This document shows positions 43,754 to 55,194 of a stretch of 64,000 nucleotides of DNA, one piece after another; positions within the stretch are counted from its first letter, which is position 1; every line of letters starts with the position of its first letter. The stretch lies in NCBI GenBank assembly GCA_963741205.1, contig CAVUHW010000020.1, positions 32,001-96,000 of the forward strand, in the 5' to 3' direction. This DNA is from Nitrospirota bacterium. Its GTDB lineage: Bacteria; Nitrospirota; UBA9217. The translations under genes were made by a program, and so were the position numbers. The notes beneath the pieces were generated by a model. It worked only from the letters and a program-made list of their open reading frames with translations. It was not told the origin of the DNA and searched no databases.

Positions 43754-46159
43754 TCATTCCCAGCCGTCCTGGACGATCTTCTGCGCCTTCTTGTAAGGAT
43801 ATTTTTCCACGAGCTTATTGACCGGCATCTTCTGATCGCCGTCCCGCATAGAGTGAAGGAGAACGACCGACGCCCAGTAATCGTGGTAGTATTCCGTGCC
43901 CTGGAGCTGCACGGGGACCCCTTTTTCGTTCACCCGGTGGCAGGCGCCGCAGGTCACCGGCCCCGCATAGCTCCCGTCAGGGCTGAACTGGAGGGCCTGC
44001 TCGTGGGTCGTCAGATCGACGCTCTTTTCCGGACCTTCGTACCGGACGGGATAGAGGCCATGGATGGACTCATGGCACGACTGGCAGGCAATGACGCCGT
44101 GCGCCTTGGAATAGCGGTAGAGCGAATACTTGTTCGGCTGGTCGATGGGGAAATACCCCCCTCCGGCGCTTTCGACAAAAGGCGCAAGATGGCAGTCCGC
44201 GCAGTGCGGTTCCGCCCCGGACAACCACCAGTCCTTGCCGTTCGTGGCGGCGTCATAGGGAACAGGGTCTCCTTCTTTCGCGTTCCAGGCCAGGAGCTTG
44301 AGCTTGCCCGCGCTATTTTTTGACGCCCTGACAAGCGTGGCCCCCGCGTGTTTTTCATGGAAGGAGAGCAGCGGATCTCCTTCGGCACCGACGATCGGAT
44401 CGGCAAAGTAGTTCTTGAACCTGATCGCGTCGCTTTTTGAGACCTCGGTCATGATGTCCTTGACAGGCTTGTTCCGCAGCGTCCGACCTCCCTGTTCAAC
44501 GACGTCCGTGAGGTCATCATACCGGTACAGCTCCTGGCTCAAAGCAGTGTGGCAATTGGTGCAGTAGAGGCCCCTCAGCTCCGGCACGGTCTTTCCGTTC
44601 TCGTCCTTCCTGCTCACCTCTTTTAAATACCACTTCCCGATCCCGTTCAGGAAAAAAGGCGGCTTGACCGAGGGGTTCGCATGCGCATCCCTTCGCAGAT
44701 AGCATCCTCCGCCCGCGGTTCTCACATCGGCGTTTGAAAATCGCGGGTTTCCCTCGTCGTCCACGATCTGGAACGGATTGGTCCCGCTGTTCATCGCTTC
44801 CTGCTGCCAGTGCCCCGGATGGCAGGCCTGACAGTTCTGCGTCCTCCCCGCCTTGTCCGGCATGGGGATGTACGCGGCGTGGGCCATGTGGATCGCCTCG
44901 GCGAGCGCCCTCGCCTTCACGGCACTGTATCCGGAGGCACCCGGCCTCGGAGACTGAAGGTTCCCGGAAATATTGTCCCCGTGGCAGTCCGCGCAGTACA
45001 CCGGACCGACCGAGCCGAGCCGGTTCGATGATGCATCGGGATTGTATCCCGCAAGCAGGCTCGTGCCGTGGTGCAGGTCGTGAAGTTCGAGAATGTTGAT
45101 GGCCGCCTCCGACTGCCGCGCCATGAATTCGGAGATGTCAGGATAGGTCTTTTTCCAGTAAGCGTATTCCTTGTCGAAACGGGAAAGGCCCTCGTCCCGG
45201 GACTGTCTGGCCGCTTTTCCGTTTCGGGAATGGCAGAGGTAGCAGTTCGGAAAGTCAATGGGATTGGTGCCGAAAAATTCCACGGGTTTTCCGTCCGCCG
45301 TTACTGGCCTGCCGTCTTTATCTTGAAGCCGGACCACGGAATACTGATAAGGCTGGAAGTCCTTGTTCGATATCGTGCGAAGCGTCCCCTTCCTCCTGCT
45401 GTCGTTGAAGGCCGTGAGCGGCAGCCCGAGCGCGTCCCAGAGATAGGACGCCGTAAGGGTGAGTTGGACGTTCTTGACCTCCGGGATCATTGAATCGGTG
45501 AAAACCTTGTTTCCCCCCGTCGGACCGGCATAGGAGAGCGTGCCGCCGGCAATGCTCTTTCCCGTGGGGCCCGCGTCGATGGGGACCTGTATTTCCTTTC
45601 CCACACGCAGGCGGGAGGCGGTTGACCAGTCGGCGGGGAGCGCGCCTTCGAGGTCTTTATAAATGAAAAGGTGCGTCCAGACATAATTCGCCATACTGTC
45701 TCCGGGGTCGTCCATCCTGCCGTTCCCGCGGACGTCTTTCGGCACCTGCCAGTACTTCATCTTGTTGCCTTCACTGTACGTGTTGTCCCGCACCGAGTAA
45801 GAAAGCGAGACCCCGTCCGCGGGGCTGAGCAGGCGGGGTGTTTCCCCGCCGCCCCCGGTCTTTACTGCCTGGGCCTGGATGCTGTTGTAGGGGGGGATAA
45901 CGCAGCAATAGGAGATATCGAACCCCACGCAGTGCATGCCCAGCTCATAGTTGATGAAGATCGCATAGGGGTCCTTCGGGTCGTAAAGGGTCGTGGCCTT
46001 TCCCGTTCCGTCTGTGATGGTGACCGGTTTAGACAAGCCCTGTTTGAATCTGGGCTCAGCGTCGAGGTAAGACCGTGACGCCGCGAAAACCGCGGCGCCG
46101 CACCCTGCGAGGGACGCCGTCAGAATAAAACCGACGAGGGCGTGGTGGAGACGCTTCAT
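43754..46159 (-). CDS. Large heptaheme c-type cytochrome, probable lipoprotein
   Basis: GGAGG RBS; LAGC lipobox; CYLCH, CADCH, CQACH, CTNCH, CADCH, CQSCH, CGACH; N-terminal NYELGMHC...YCCVIPPYN. Confidence 0.88.
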   Translation of the reverse strand: MKRLHHALVGFILTASLAGCGAAVFAASRSYLDAEPRFKQGLSKPVTITDGTGKATTLYDPKDPYAIFINYELGMHCVGFDISYCCVIPPYNSIQAQAVKTGGGGETPRLLSPADGVSLSYSVRDNTYSEGNKMKYWQVPKDVRGNGRMDDPGDSMANYVWTHLFIYKDLEGALPADWSTASRLRVGKEIQVPIDAGPTGKSIAGGTLSYAGPTGGNKVFTDSMIPEVKNVQLTLTASYLWDALGLPLTAFNDSRRKGTLRTISNKDFQPYQYSVVRLQDKDGRPVTADGKPVEFFGTNPIDFPNCYLCHSRNGKAARQSRDEGLSRFDKEYAYWKKTYPDISEFMARQSEAAINILELHDLHHGTSLLAGYNPDASSNRLGSVGPVYCADCHGDNISGNLQSPRPGASGYSAVKARALAEAIHMAHAAYIPMPDKAGRTQNCQACHPGHWQQEAMNSGTNPFQIVDDEGNPRFSNADVRTAGGGCYLRRDAHANPSVKPPFFLNGIGKWYLKEVSRKDENGKTVPELRGLYCTNCHTALSQELYRYDDLTDVVEQGGRTLRNKPVKDIMTEVSKSDAIRFKNYFADPIVGAEGDPLLSFHEKHAGATLVRASKNSAGKLKLLAWNAKEGDPVPYDAATNGKDWWLSGAEPHCADCHLAPFVESAGGGYFPIDQPNKYSLYRYSKAHGVIACQSCHESIHGLYPVRYEGPEKSVDLTTHEQALQFSPDGSYAGPVTCGACHRVNEKGVPVQLQGTEYYHDYWASVVLLHSMRDGDQKMPVNKLVEKYPYKKAQKIVQDGWE

Positions 46160-46197
46160 GTTGCTGCCTCCTTGTTCCGGCAAAAAGGATATTCTCT

Positions 46198-46386
46198 TCA
46201 GGACTCGCTCCAGCTTATCGCCTGCACGGGGCAGGTGTCGATAGCCTCCTGGCAATTGCAGGAATCGCATTGATCGGGGCCGGTGACATTCGATTTTTCG
46301 TCGATGAGCGTGAACACCCGGGGGCAGACTTCAGAACAATGACCGCAGCCGATGCAGAGGTCTTCGTCTACGACGGGTTTTCGCAT
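46198..46386 (-). CDS. Single-cluster ferredoxin
   Basis: CIGCGHCSEVCP...CPVQAI. Confidence 0.92.
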   Translation of the reverse strand: MRKPVVDEDLCIGCGHCSEVCPRVFTLIDEKSNVTGPDQCDSCNCQEAIDTCPVQAISWSES

Positions 46387-46418
46387 TATCACCTCAATTG
46401 ATATGCTGAAGTTCGTGT

Positions 46419-46577
46419 TTATACTTTTTCGAACACGTCCTTCGTCATCCCGCAGACCGGACAGGCCCAGGTGTCCGGTATTTTTTCGAACGGCGTACCC
46501 GCTGCAATGCCGCCGTCGGGGTCGCCTATTGCGGGATCATACACCCAGCCGCACACCGTGCATTTCCACTTGTCCAT
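46419..46577 (-). CDS. rd: Rubredoxin (52 aa, not in ORF track)
   Basis: AGGAGG RBS; [52 protein letters not shown]. Confidence 0.96.
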   Translation of the reverse strand: MDKWKCTVCGWVYDPAIGDPDGGIAAGTPFEKIPDTWACPVCGMTKDVFEKV

Positions 46578-46666
46578 TCACACCCTCCTGAAGAGCAGAT
46601 TTACCATAGAAATATAGCATAGCACAGATTTCAGCGACAATGAATAAAGAGGTCACCCGGAACGGG

Positions 46667-47789
46667 TTATCCCAGCCGCTTTCTGAACCTGAGCGCGCTT
46701 AAGCTGATCACCACAATGCCGATTGCCAGAAGCGGGGCCATCTGCGGCCACAAAACCTCGAACCCGTTCCCCTTCAGGAACACCCCCTGATAACGATGAG
46801 AAAGTACCGAAGCGGGATTCCGATAGGTCACATACTGGAAAAAGACGGGCATATTCTCTATCGGGAAACATGAAGCCCGACAGCAGGATGGCAGGCATGT
46901 TGAAGAACATCGCGGCCATCAGCGCCTGCTGCTGTGTCTTTGCGATCGTAGAGATAAAAGGCCCGTTCCCAGAACGGACAAGAGGTAGATGGCCGTGCTC
47001 GCGAGAAGAAGCGACGAGCGAGCCGTGTATCGGGATATTGAACCAGAAGACGCCGAAAGCCGTAATGAGCAGCATGTCGAAGAAGCTGATCACGGCAAAA
47101 GGAATGGTCTTGCCGAGCATGAGTTCGATCGGTTTGATCGGCGTGACCATGAGCTGCTCCATGGTGCCCGCCTCCCGCTCGCGCACCACCGCCATGGATG
47201 TAAGCATGAGCGATATGAGCATGATCATCGTGGCGATAACCCCCGGCACAAGTAGATTCTTGCTCTTCAGCTCCGGATTGTACCATGCGCGCTTCCGGAC
47301 ATCGACCCCCGCCCGGGCGGTTTTAATCAGAGGGCCGGCCAGGTCCTGCGCAGTACTTCGCGACGACCCGGTTCGTATAATTGAGCGCAATGAGTCGCCG
47401 TATTGGAGTAGGTGCCGTCAACGATCACCTGGACCTCGGCAGGGCCCCCCTTTTTCAGGTCCTTCTGGAAACCCCGGTTGACCTGTATCGCGCACAGGAC
47501 CTCTCCCGGTCCATGAGTTCCCGGATTCCTCCCGCCGAAGCCGGCCTCTGCGTGATCGTAAAATATCCCGATGCCTCCAGCCTCCGCGCCAGTTCCCTGC
47601 TCTCCAAAGATTTGTCATAGTCAAGATAGGCGGTGTGGATGTTATTGACGTCAAGTGAAACAACATAGCCAAACATGAGGAGCTGAACGAGCGGAGGGAC
47701 AAGAGAAAGAATCTCATTCTCTTGTCCCTGGAGACCTGGATGAATTCCTTGATGACGATCTGCTTTATTCGTTCAAGGCTTCTTTTCAT
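46667..47789 (-). CDS. ABC-2 permease (YbhR-like; frameshifted)
   Basis: KEFIQVSRD, WYNPEL, VREREAGTMEQLMVTP, LLSGFMFP. Confidence 0.88.
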
Positions 47790-47829
47790 ACGATTCTACT
47801 CCGTACTCACGTTGCGCTCCGCACTGCCT

Positions 47830-48939
47830 TCATACCACCTTCTTTTTGAACTTCTTATTTGCAATCGCGAAAACGACAGCCCGTAGACTGTCAGGAGCGC
47901 CGCATCTCGGCAAGGAGCCTCAGAGGATTGCCTTTCAGGAATATATCATTCAATATGGTGACGAAATACCGTGCAGGGACCAGCGTAGGTGACGACTTGA
48001 AGAGGCCTTGGGCATGTTCGCGATGAGGAACATGAACCCGGAGAGCAGGAATGCGGGAAGAAAGGTGCTCACGATCGCCATCTGGCTGGCCAGGAGCTGG
48101 GTCCGCGCACAATGGATATGAGGATGCCCCAACTGAGCCCCCCGAACAGAAAAACACCGGACAGGGTCAGAAGCAGAACACACTTCCGCGGAGCGGGACG
48201 CCGAAGACGAAGGTGCCCATCAGAATAGACACTATGGTATCGATAAAGCCGATTGCAAAATAGGGTATCATCTTGCCGATGATCAATTCGGGCGTCTTGA
48301 TCGGAGTGGAGATCAGCTGTTCCATCGTGCCCCGGTCCCACTCCTTCGCGATCGTAAGTGAGGTAAGAAGCGCGACAATGACGGACAGGATCAGCGCAAT
48401 GAGTCCGGGGACGATGAAGTTCCTCGATTTGAGTTCCGGGTTGAACCAGACCCTGGGTCGGGCTCGATCAGCGGCCGAGATGCGGGACCCGGTCATCCTT
48501 TGGGAAAACTGTTCGGATATCCGCGCCGATGTATCCCTGGGCGATGGTCGCCGTGTTCGAATCGCTGCCGTCGACGACTACGCCGATGCTCGCGGTCCTT
48601 GCGCTCCGCATTTTTTTTGAAAAATCGGACGGGATCATCACTGCGATCCGCGCCTTGCCCGAATCAAGATAACCATCGATGTCCCCATACCGGTCCGTAT
48701 AGGCAATAATGGAAAAATAGCCGGACGACGTGAGTTCCGCCGTGAATTCCCTGCTGAAGCTGCTCTTGTCCATATCGACTACGACGGTGGCGATGTCATC
48801 GATATCGAAGGTAATGGCATACCCGAAGATGACGAGCAGAATCACCGGCATGAGAAATGCCATGGCAAGGCTCAGGGGGTCCCGTCAGGATCTGAAGGCT
48901 TCTTTTTTAGCGATGGCTTTGATGCGGAGTAAGTTTCAT
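47830..48939 (-). CDS. ABC-2 permease (YbhS-like; frameshifted)
   Basis: FGYAITFD, DGSDSNTA, WFNPELKS, AKEWDRGTMEQLISTP. Confidence 0.88.
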
Positions 48940-49035
48940 AAAGACCGGTCGTCAGTCAGGATTCAGCCGTACAGTCGATAGTCATAAGTCAGATGATTTG
49001 ACCGCCGACTGATCTGACTGCCGTACTCTTGACCT

Positions 49036-49981
49036 TCATGACTGCTTCTATCAGCGTCACGAAAACATCTTCCAGCGACGGCACGATTTTGTCGATCCTG
49101 CTCAGCAGTGATGTTCGCACTCGCCGAGTATCCTCTTGATGAGCGGTATGGCCGTTTCGCCATCCTCCACCGTCGCATGGAGCAGGCTGCCGAAGACGGC
49201 GGTCTCGATCCCCTGCTTGGCCAGCGCCTCCATGGCGCTGACCAGCGGCTCGGCCTCTATTTCAAGAACATCGCGGGTCATGAAGTCCCTTCCGCAGCTC
49301 GTTCGGCGTACCTTCGGCGATGATCTTTCCCCGGTAGATGAGCGCCAGCCGGTCGCAGTAGTCCGCCTCATCCATGTAGTGGGTCGTAACAAAAACCGTC
49401 GGTCCCTGTCTTTGCCATTTCATAAATCAAGTGTCCAGAAGTTCCGGCGCGAGACAGGGTCAACCCCCGATGTGGGTTCGTCGAAAAACAGGATCGGCGG
49501 TTCATGCAAGATGGCACAGCCAAGGGCCAGCCGCTGCTTATAACCGCCTGGGAGGGTCTTGGTGAGCGCGCCCCTCTTGTCCTTAAGTCCCGCCATCTCC
49601 AGCGCCCAATCCTTGCGTGCATTTCTTCTTTGATCCCGTAACGCCGTAGATGCCGCTGAAAAAATTGATGTTCTCCTCGACAGTGAGGTCGTCATAGAGC
49701 GAAAATTTCTGCGACATGTAGCCGATGTTCTGTTTTATCTCTTCGGACTGGGTGATGATATCGTAGCCGCCGACGGTCCCGCTCCCGCCCGAAGGCAGGA
49801 GCAGGCCGCAGAGCATGCGGATCGTCGTGGATTTGCCGGCACCGTTCGGGCCGAGAAAACCAAAGATGGTCGCCTTGTGCGACTTCGAGATTGATATGGT
49901 CGACGGCAGTGAAGTCCCCGAAGATGCGGGTCAGACCCGTCTACTTTCGACTGCAATGTTTTTATTCGTTATGGATTCCAT
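49036..49981 (-). CDS. ABC transporter ATP-binding protein (frameshifted)
   Basis: [42 protein letters not shown]. Confidence 0.9.
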
Positions 49982-49991
49982 CGGTTTTTGA

Positions 49992-50047
49992 GTAGCCGCA
50001 AGCTTTAGCTTGCGTTTTAATGAACGCACCCTGAAGGGCGCGGCTAC
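49992..50047. repeat. GTAG-type REP doublet (REPIN)
   Basis: GTAGCCGCAAGCTTTAGCTTGCG ... CGCACCCTGAAGGGCGCGGCTAC inverted pair, each with an internal hairpin. Confidence 0.75.
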
Positions 50048-50085
50048 CAGGCAAACATCTTATTCCTAGTCGGTGGCTATAAGCA

Positions 50086-51007
50086 TCACTTCTCCACCAT
50101 CGAAATGAACACATCCTCCAGCGATGGAAGAATTTCCCGAGAATCCTTTACCCCGACACCTTTTTGCTTGAGCCGGTCGATGATCTCCGGCGCCGTCCGT
50201 TTTTTCTCAAGGGTAATATGCAGTCGGTCCCCGTAAAGACTCACACTGCGGACGCCGTCCATCCTTCTCACGGGCTCAATTGCCGCGCGCGCGTTATCGG
50301 ACCACACCTCGAACATCGGCAGTTCGAGAGAATTCCTGACGTTCTTCGGTTCGTCCTCGATCAGGATCCTGCCCTTGTGCATCAGCCCGATCCGCGTGCA
50401 CCGCTCGGCCTCGTCGAGATAAGCCGTGGAAACAAAGATCGTCACGCCTTCCTTCAGCAGATCGTAAAGGATCTTCCAGAAGTCCCTGCGCGAAACCGGG
50501 TCTACGCCGTTCGTGGGCTCGTCGAGGAAGAGGACCTCCGGCGTGTGAACCAGTGCGCAGGCAAGCCCGAGCTTCTGTTTCATGCCGCCGGAGAGGTTTC
50601 CGGCAAGCCGGTCCTTGAAGGGCGTGAGATTGCTGAAACCCGAGCAGGCGCTCGATCCTCGCGGGCCGCTCCCTCTCCGGAACTTCGTAGAGGTCGGCGT
50701 AAAACAGGATGTTCTCCATCACCGTCAGGTCCTCGTAGAGGCCGAACCGCTGTGACATGTAGCCGATCTTTTCCTTGACCCGCTCTCCTTCGGTCAGGAC
50801 GGAATGGCCCGCGACCCAGCGCATCTCCCGAGGTAGGGTCCATGATCGCGGTAAGGAGCCGCATGGTGGTGGTCTTGCCCGCACCATCCGGTCCGACGAG
50901 GCCGTATAACTCGCCTTTGCGGATATCGAGGTTGAGCGCATTAACGGCGATATTGTCGCCGAAGGACTTGGTGAGGTTGGTGGTTTTGATTGCTCGTATG
51001 CTGTCAT
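50086..51007 (-). CDS. ABC transporter ATP-binding protein (YbhF-like; frameshifted)
   Basis: GLVGPDGAGKTT, LSGGMKQKLGLAC, FLDEPTNGVDP, STAYLDEAE. Confidence 0.9.
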
Positions 51008-51026
51008 CGATTTCTGACTCCTGAAC

Positions 51027-51854
51027 TCATTTAAGAGTATCTTCACATCCGCCGGCATGCCTGGTTTAAGTTCGTCCTTTTCATTCTTCACGCTGACCTT
51101 GATCCCGAATACGAGTTTCACGCGCTCTTCCCTGGTCTGTACGTTTTTGGGGGTGAATTCCGCCTCCGATGAGATGAACGTGATCGTGCCCTCGTATTTT
51201 TTGTCAGGAAATGTATCAACGCTCACTTCCGCCTTCTGGCCCAGCTTTACGAGGCCCAGCTTATCTTCCTTGACGTACACTTTGATCCACGGATTGTCCA
51301 GGTCGCCGATAGTAAACACAGGCTCGCCCGCCGCCACAGTCTCGCCCTCTTCCGCGTTTTTCCTGAGCACGACGCCGGAAAGAGGGGAGAAGAGCACCGC
51401 GTCCCCCAGTCTCACGTCCGCAGTCCTGAGCGCGGCATGGGAGAGTTCGAGTTGAGATGTCGCCGCGTCGTAGGCCGTCTTTGCGGCGTCCATTTGCATG
51501 GGGGATACGACGCCGTCGTGAAACAGCTTCGCAAAACGCTCGTAGTCTTTTTTCGCCTTATCGAACTGGGCTTCGGCATTCCGGACGGCCGCCCTGCCCT
51601 GGTTGACCAGGCTTTCCAACTCCGCGCTGTCGAGCGAAGCGAGCTTTTCCCCTTCCCTCACGGTCCTTCCTTCATCCGTATAAAGCGATGACACCCTACC
51701 CGGCGCCTTGAACCCGACGTTCACCTCCGTCACTTCCACGTTGCCCGATACGACCAGTCCGCCCTCGTCCCGCGAATTGCCGTAACTGGTAAAATACCAT
51801 GACCGCAGCAGCGAGGGCCAGAATAACGGCTCCTATGGCCAGTCTCTTTTTCAT
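51027..51854 (-). CDS. HlyD-family membrane fusion protein (YbhG-like)
   Basis: SGNVEVTEV, SEAEFTPKNVQTREERVKLVFGIKV, LKPGMPADV. Confidence 0.9.
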
Positions 51855-51904
51855 TCACCATCTCCCTGTATTTCAATGCTCGCTTACATTATAGTTGAAT
51901 TCGA

Positions 51905-51934
51905 TTGACACGTCAAAAAGTATGAGACTATAAT
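51905..51934 (+). promoter_or_regulatory. Sigma70 promoter for the thermonuclease gene
   Basis: TTGACA-N18-TATAAT, 9 nt before the ATG. Confidence 0.65.
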
Positions 51935-51943
51935 GGCCTTGCC

Positions 51944-52474
51944 ATGCGACTCCGGAAGGCCTTCACGGCAATCGTTCTCGTTATCACCCTCTCACTGTCC
52001 TTTAGCCTTGATCCTTCAAACGCCGCGGAGAAGCTGTCCCAGGCCCGCGTAATCGCGGTCAATGATGGTGATACCGTAACGATCCTCATGAACGGCAAGA
52101 AATATCGGACGCGCCTCATCGGCATGGACGCGCCGGAGATGGGACAGGAGCCGTGGGGCAAACGGGCGCAGGAACACTTAAGGAAATTGTTGAAAGAGGT
52201 GAAATGGCGGGTGTCCGTGGAGACGGACGTAGGACAATACGACAAATATAACCGGCTCCTTGTCTACCTCTGGACGCCGGAGGGTGAAATGCTGAACGAG
52301 CGGATGATCAAGGACGGATACGCCGTGCTCTTCACCATTCAGCCGAACAGTAAATATGTAGATCGATTCAGGAAGGCACAGCGCGCGGCCCGGGACGAAA
52401 AGCGAGGAATTTGGGGACCAGATGGCTTGAAAGAAAGGCCTCTTGATTACAAGAAAAAGCATCCGCGGCAGTAG
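51944..52474 (+). CDS. Secreted thermonuclease (SNase family)
   Basis: Signal peptide; DGDT, RLIGMDAPE, DKYNRLL, A..EKRGIW. Confidence 0.93.
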   Translation: MRLRKAFTAIVLVITLSLSFSLDPSNAAEKLSQARVIAVNDGDTVTILMNGKKYRTRLIGMDAPEMGQEPWGKRAQEHLRKLLKEVKWRVSVETDVGQYDKYNRLLVYLWTPEGEMLNERMIKDGYAVLFTIQPNSKYVDRFRKAQRAARDEKRGIWGPDGLKERPLDYKKKHPRQ

Positions 52475-52529
52475 CGCTGCATAGATTTATTTATCATTCC
52501 CCCCGGGTTTAATCATTCCGGTGCAGGCT

Positions 52530-53547
52530 TTAGGGGGAATCCCAGACGCCGTCAATCACCGCTCCACACTTGCGGCATTTCCCGTTTTTGACGGCATTCA
52601 TCTTGATGCTGAACCCTATCCGCTCGACCAGGACCTCCTTGCAGCTCCAGCACACCGTGTCTTCCCCCGTTCCCGGGACATTGCCTTCATACACATACCG
52701 GAGCCCCGCATCGAGGCCGATTTTGCCGCGCCCGCGCGAGCGTCTCCACCGGCGTGCGCGGCTGGTCCGTCAACTGATATGTGGGGTGGAACCTTGACAC
52801 GTGCCAGGGGATATCCTCGCCTACGGATTTGATGAAGCGGGCGATACCGTCAAGCTCCTCGTCGGAGTCGTTGTGTCCGGGGATGATGAGCGTTGTGATC
52901 TCGATCCAGATGCCGAGTTTTTTGTAGAGACTGATCGCGTCGAGTACGGGCTGGAGCCTCGCTCCGCAGACCTCCCGGTAAAAATCGTCTCGAAACCCCT
53001 TTAAGTCGATGTTCGCGGCGTGGAGGTAAGGCCGAATAACCTCCAGCGCCTCGGGCGTTATGTAACCGTTCGTCACAAAGACGTTCTTGAGTCCCGCTGC
53101 CGTCGCCAGGCGCGCCGTATCGTAGGCGAGTTCGAAATATATGGTCGGTTCGGTGTAGGTGTAGGATATGCTGGAGCAGCCCAGCCTCCGCGCGGCTTCA
53201 ACGAGAACGACGGGAGAAACGTCTTCTCCCAGGATCATGCCTCCCCGGTCGTGGGGAAGCTGTGAGATGTCGGAGTTCTGGCAGTGCTTGCAGCGGAAGT
53301 TGCAGCCAGGCGTTGCGATGGAAAAGGAACGGCTGCCCGGATGAAAATGAAAGAGAGGTTTTTTCTCGATGGGGTCTATATTACGCGCAATAACCTTATC
53401 GAACACGAGGCTATAGAGGACGCCGTCACGGTTCTCGCGGACCGCGCAGATGCCGCGCTTGCCAGGCAGGATGAGACAACGGTGGCAGCAGAGACTGCAC
53501 TGGACCTTCTTCCCTTCTCTCGCTTCCTGAAACATCGCGGTTTTCAC
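52530..53547 (-). CDS. amrS: AmmeMemoRadiSam system radical SAM enzyme
   Basis: CSLCCHRC...GICAVREN, DPIEKKPLFHFHPG, GCNFRCKHCQN, YTYTEP, SRFHP; indel near 52730. Confidence 0.93.
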
Positions 53548-53836
53548 GGCAGGTACCTCAGGTGAAATATTTTTTTCTGCAGCGCAGTTTTTAAATTCTC
53601 AATATACAATTTTCAATCTGCGATTTCCAATTCCGGCTTATTCGGATTTCTCCGCTACGGATCAAATTCGTCTCAAAATAAAAGGGTAATTTCGGGAAAA
53701 GTCGCTAAGCTCGCGACGAAAAGCCAAACCATTTGGGTTTAATACCAAGACTTAAAGATTTCCTTTGCGCCCTTTGCAACTTTGCGTGAGACGCCTTTTG
53801 GTCCCGGCTTATCCGGGCTACGGGGCATCCGGGCGG

Positions 53837-54598
53837 TTACGACTTTTCACTTTTCAGTTTGTGTTCCAGAGCCTCGGCCTGGATCCTGGTTTTGCAATTC
53901 TGGCATATGATATCAGGCGAAGAGGTCCCGCAGACGAGGCACTTTTTTTCCGGACCCGGCCTCAGCCCTTCGGACTCAAAGATCATTTCGAGAAATTCGC
54001 TTTCCCTTACATGGCCGTCCAGGTGCAGATTATCCCCGAATATCGTTTTGGGCAGTGTCGTTATGCCGTAGCGCTTAATGAGTTCAGGGAACGAGCTCGC
54101 AACGACGATGCTCGTGTTGACGAGCGCATTTTCGAGCGCAAGTCCAACGGCGGTTTCGATCACCGGCCTGCACTGGGGGCAATCGCTTTCAACAAAGACC
54201 CGAATCGACACGTCGTTTGCGAGATGCCCCAGGGTCCGTCTGATGTTGTCCGGGAACCATACTTTAGCGTCCGAGACGGCCTGTATCGTGGACAAGAGGA
54301 CATCCAGCAGCATATCCTCTATCAGGCCGTAGAACGCAACGGTCTGTCCGCCACCGCCCTCGACCACCAAGGTCGGCGCGTGCCTGACGCCGTACTGCTC
54401 CGACTTATCCCGGTCCATGACGAGATCATAAGATTCAAGGGCTATTTTTTTAGCGCGTTTTTTTATCGCGTGAGCCAGTTCCCGCATTTCGGGGCATGCC
54501 TCGCATGCAGTATCCGTTGTGAACAAAATGAGCCTGACCGGCCTTGCCAGCTCGGCCGGCATCTTCCCGACTGAAGATAAGGTCGCCTCTGAAAGCAT
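53837..54598 (-). CDS. Double-thioredoxin protein disulfide oxidoreductase with C-terminal Zn ribbon
   Basis: CEAC and CPQC sites, cis-Pro motifs APT/LPKT; tail CLVC...CQNC. Confidence 0.8.
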   Translation of the reverse strand: MLSEATLSSVGKMPAELARPVRLILFTTDTACEACPEMRELAHAIKKRAKKIALESYDLVMDRDKSEQYGVRHAPTLVVEGGGGQTVAFYGLIEDMLLDVLLSTIQAVSDAKVWFPDNIRRTLGHLANDVSIRVFVESDCPQCRPVIETAVGLALENALVNTSIVVASSFPELIKRYGITTLPKTIFGDNLHLDGHVRESEFLEMIFESEGLRPGPEKKCLVCGTSSPDIICQNCKTRIQAEALEHKLKSEKS

Positions 54599-54800
54599 GC
54601 ATTCACCCCTTGTGTATTTATTCTGCAAACAACAACAATTATATCAGATTCGGTCTCCCGGCAAGCGGGAGTATTACGGAGCGTAAAAGGAGAGCTATAA
54701 AATAGGACTTGAACTATATTGCATAACCTGTTATAATTATTGAATATTGTTGCAAAGGCCTGCAACTCGACAGAAGCACACTACTGCAGGAGGGGGAAAA

Positions 54801-55121
54801 GTGAAAACAGTAATGGTCCTCTCGATCATATTGGCATGCCTGGTGATTCCCCTCAGCGCCCATGCTGAGAAGGTGGGCGGCGGAGATTTGACGTTTACTC
54901 CGAAGAATGCCCTGCCGGTCGTGTTCAGCCATGAGAAACACGTGCAGGAAAAAGGCCTCAAATGCACCGGATGCCACTACCATATTTTCCAGATGGAACA
55001 GGGTTCCTACAAGATGGACATGAGCAAGATCACAAAAGGTGAATTCTGCGGGAAATGCCACAACGGTCAGAAGAGCTTCGACGTAAAGGACCCCAAAAAC
55101 TGCGCCCGCTGCCATAAGTGA
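54801..55121 (+). CDS. Triheme c7-type periplasmic cytochrome
   Basis: Signal peptide; VVFSHEKH, CTGCH, CGKCHNG, CARCH. Confidence 0.92.
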   Translation: MKTVMVLSIILACLVIPLSAHAEKVGGGDLTFTPKNALPVVFSHEKHVQEKGLKCTGCHYHIFQMEQGSYKMDMSKITKGEFCGKCHNGQKSFDVKDPKNCARCHK

Positions 55122-55194
55122 GCGGGGCCGTCCCGCGGGCAGCCCTCTCTCCCGTTCCGCCGCATCCGATGCGCAACGCGGCGGCCCTGTCTCC

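Noticed and set aside
50294-51739. Apparent HlyD-ATPase fusion
   Set aside because: The frame wanders in and out of ATPase sequence; indel read-through at about 51030.
53758-53830. CTTTGCGCC/CTTTGCAA/CTTTGCGTG repeats as a CRISPR array
   Set aside because: Short degenerate 8-9-mers with no spacers and no cas genes. No CRISPR, tRNA or rRNA was seen anywhere in the window.
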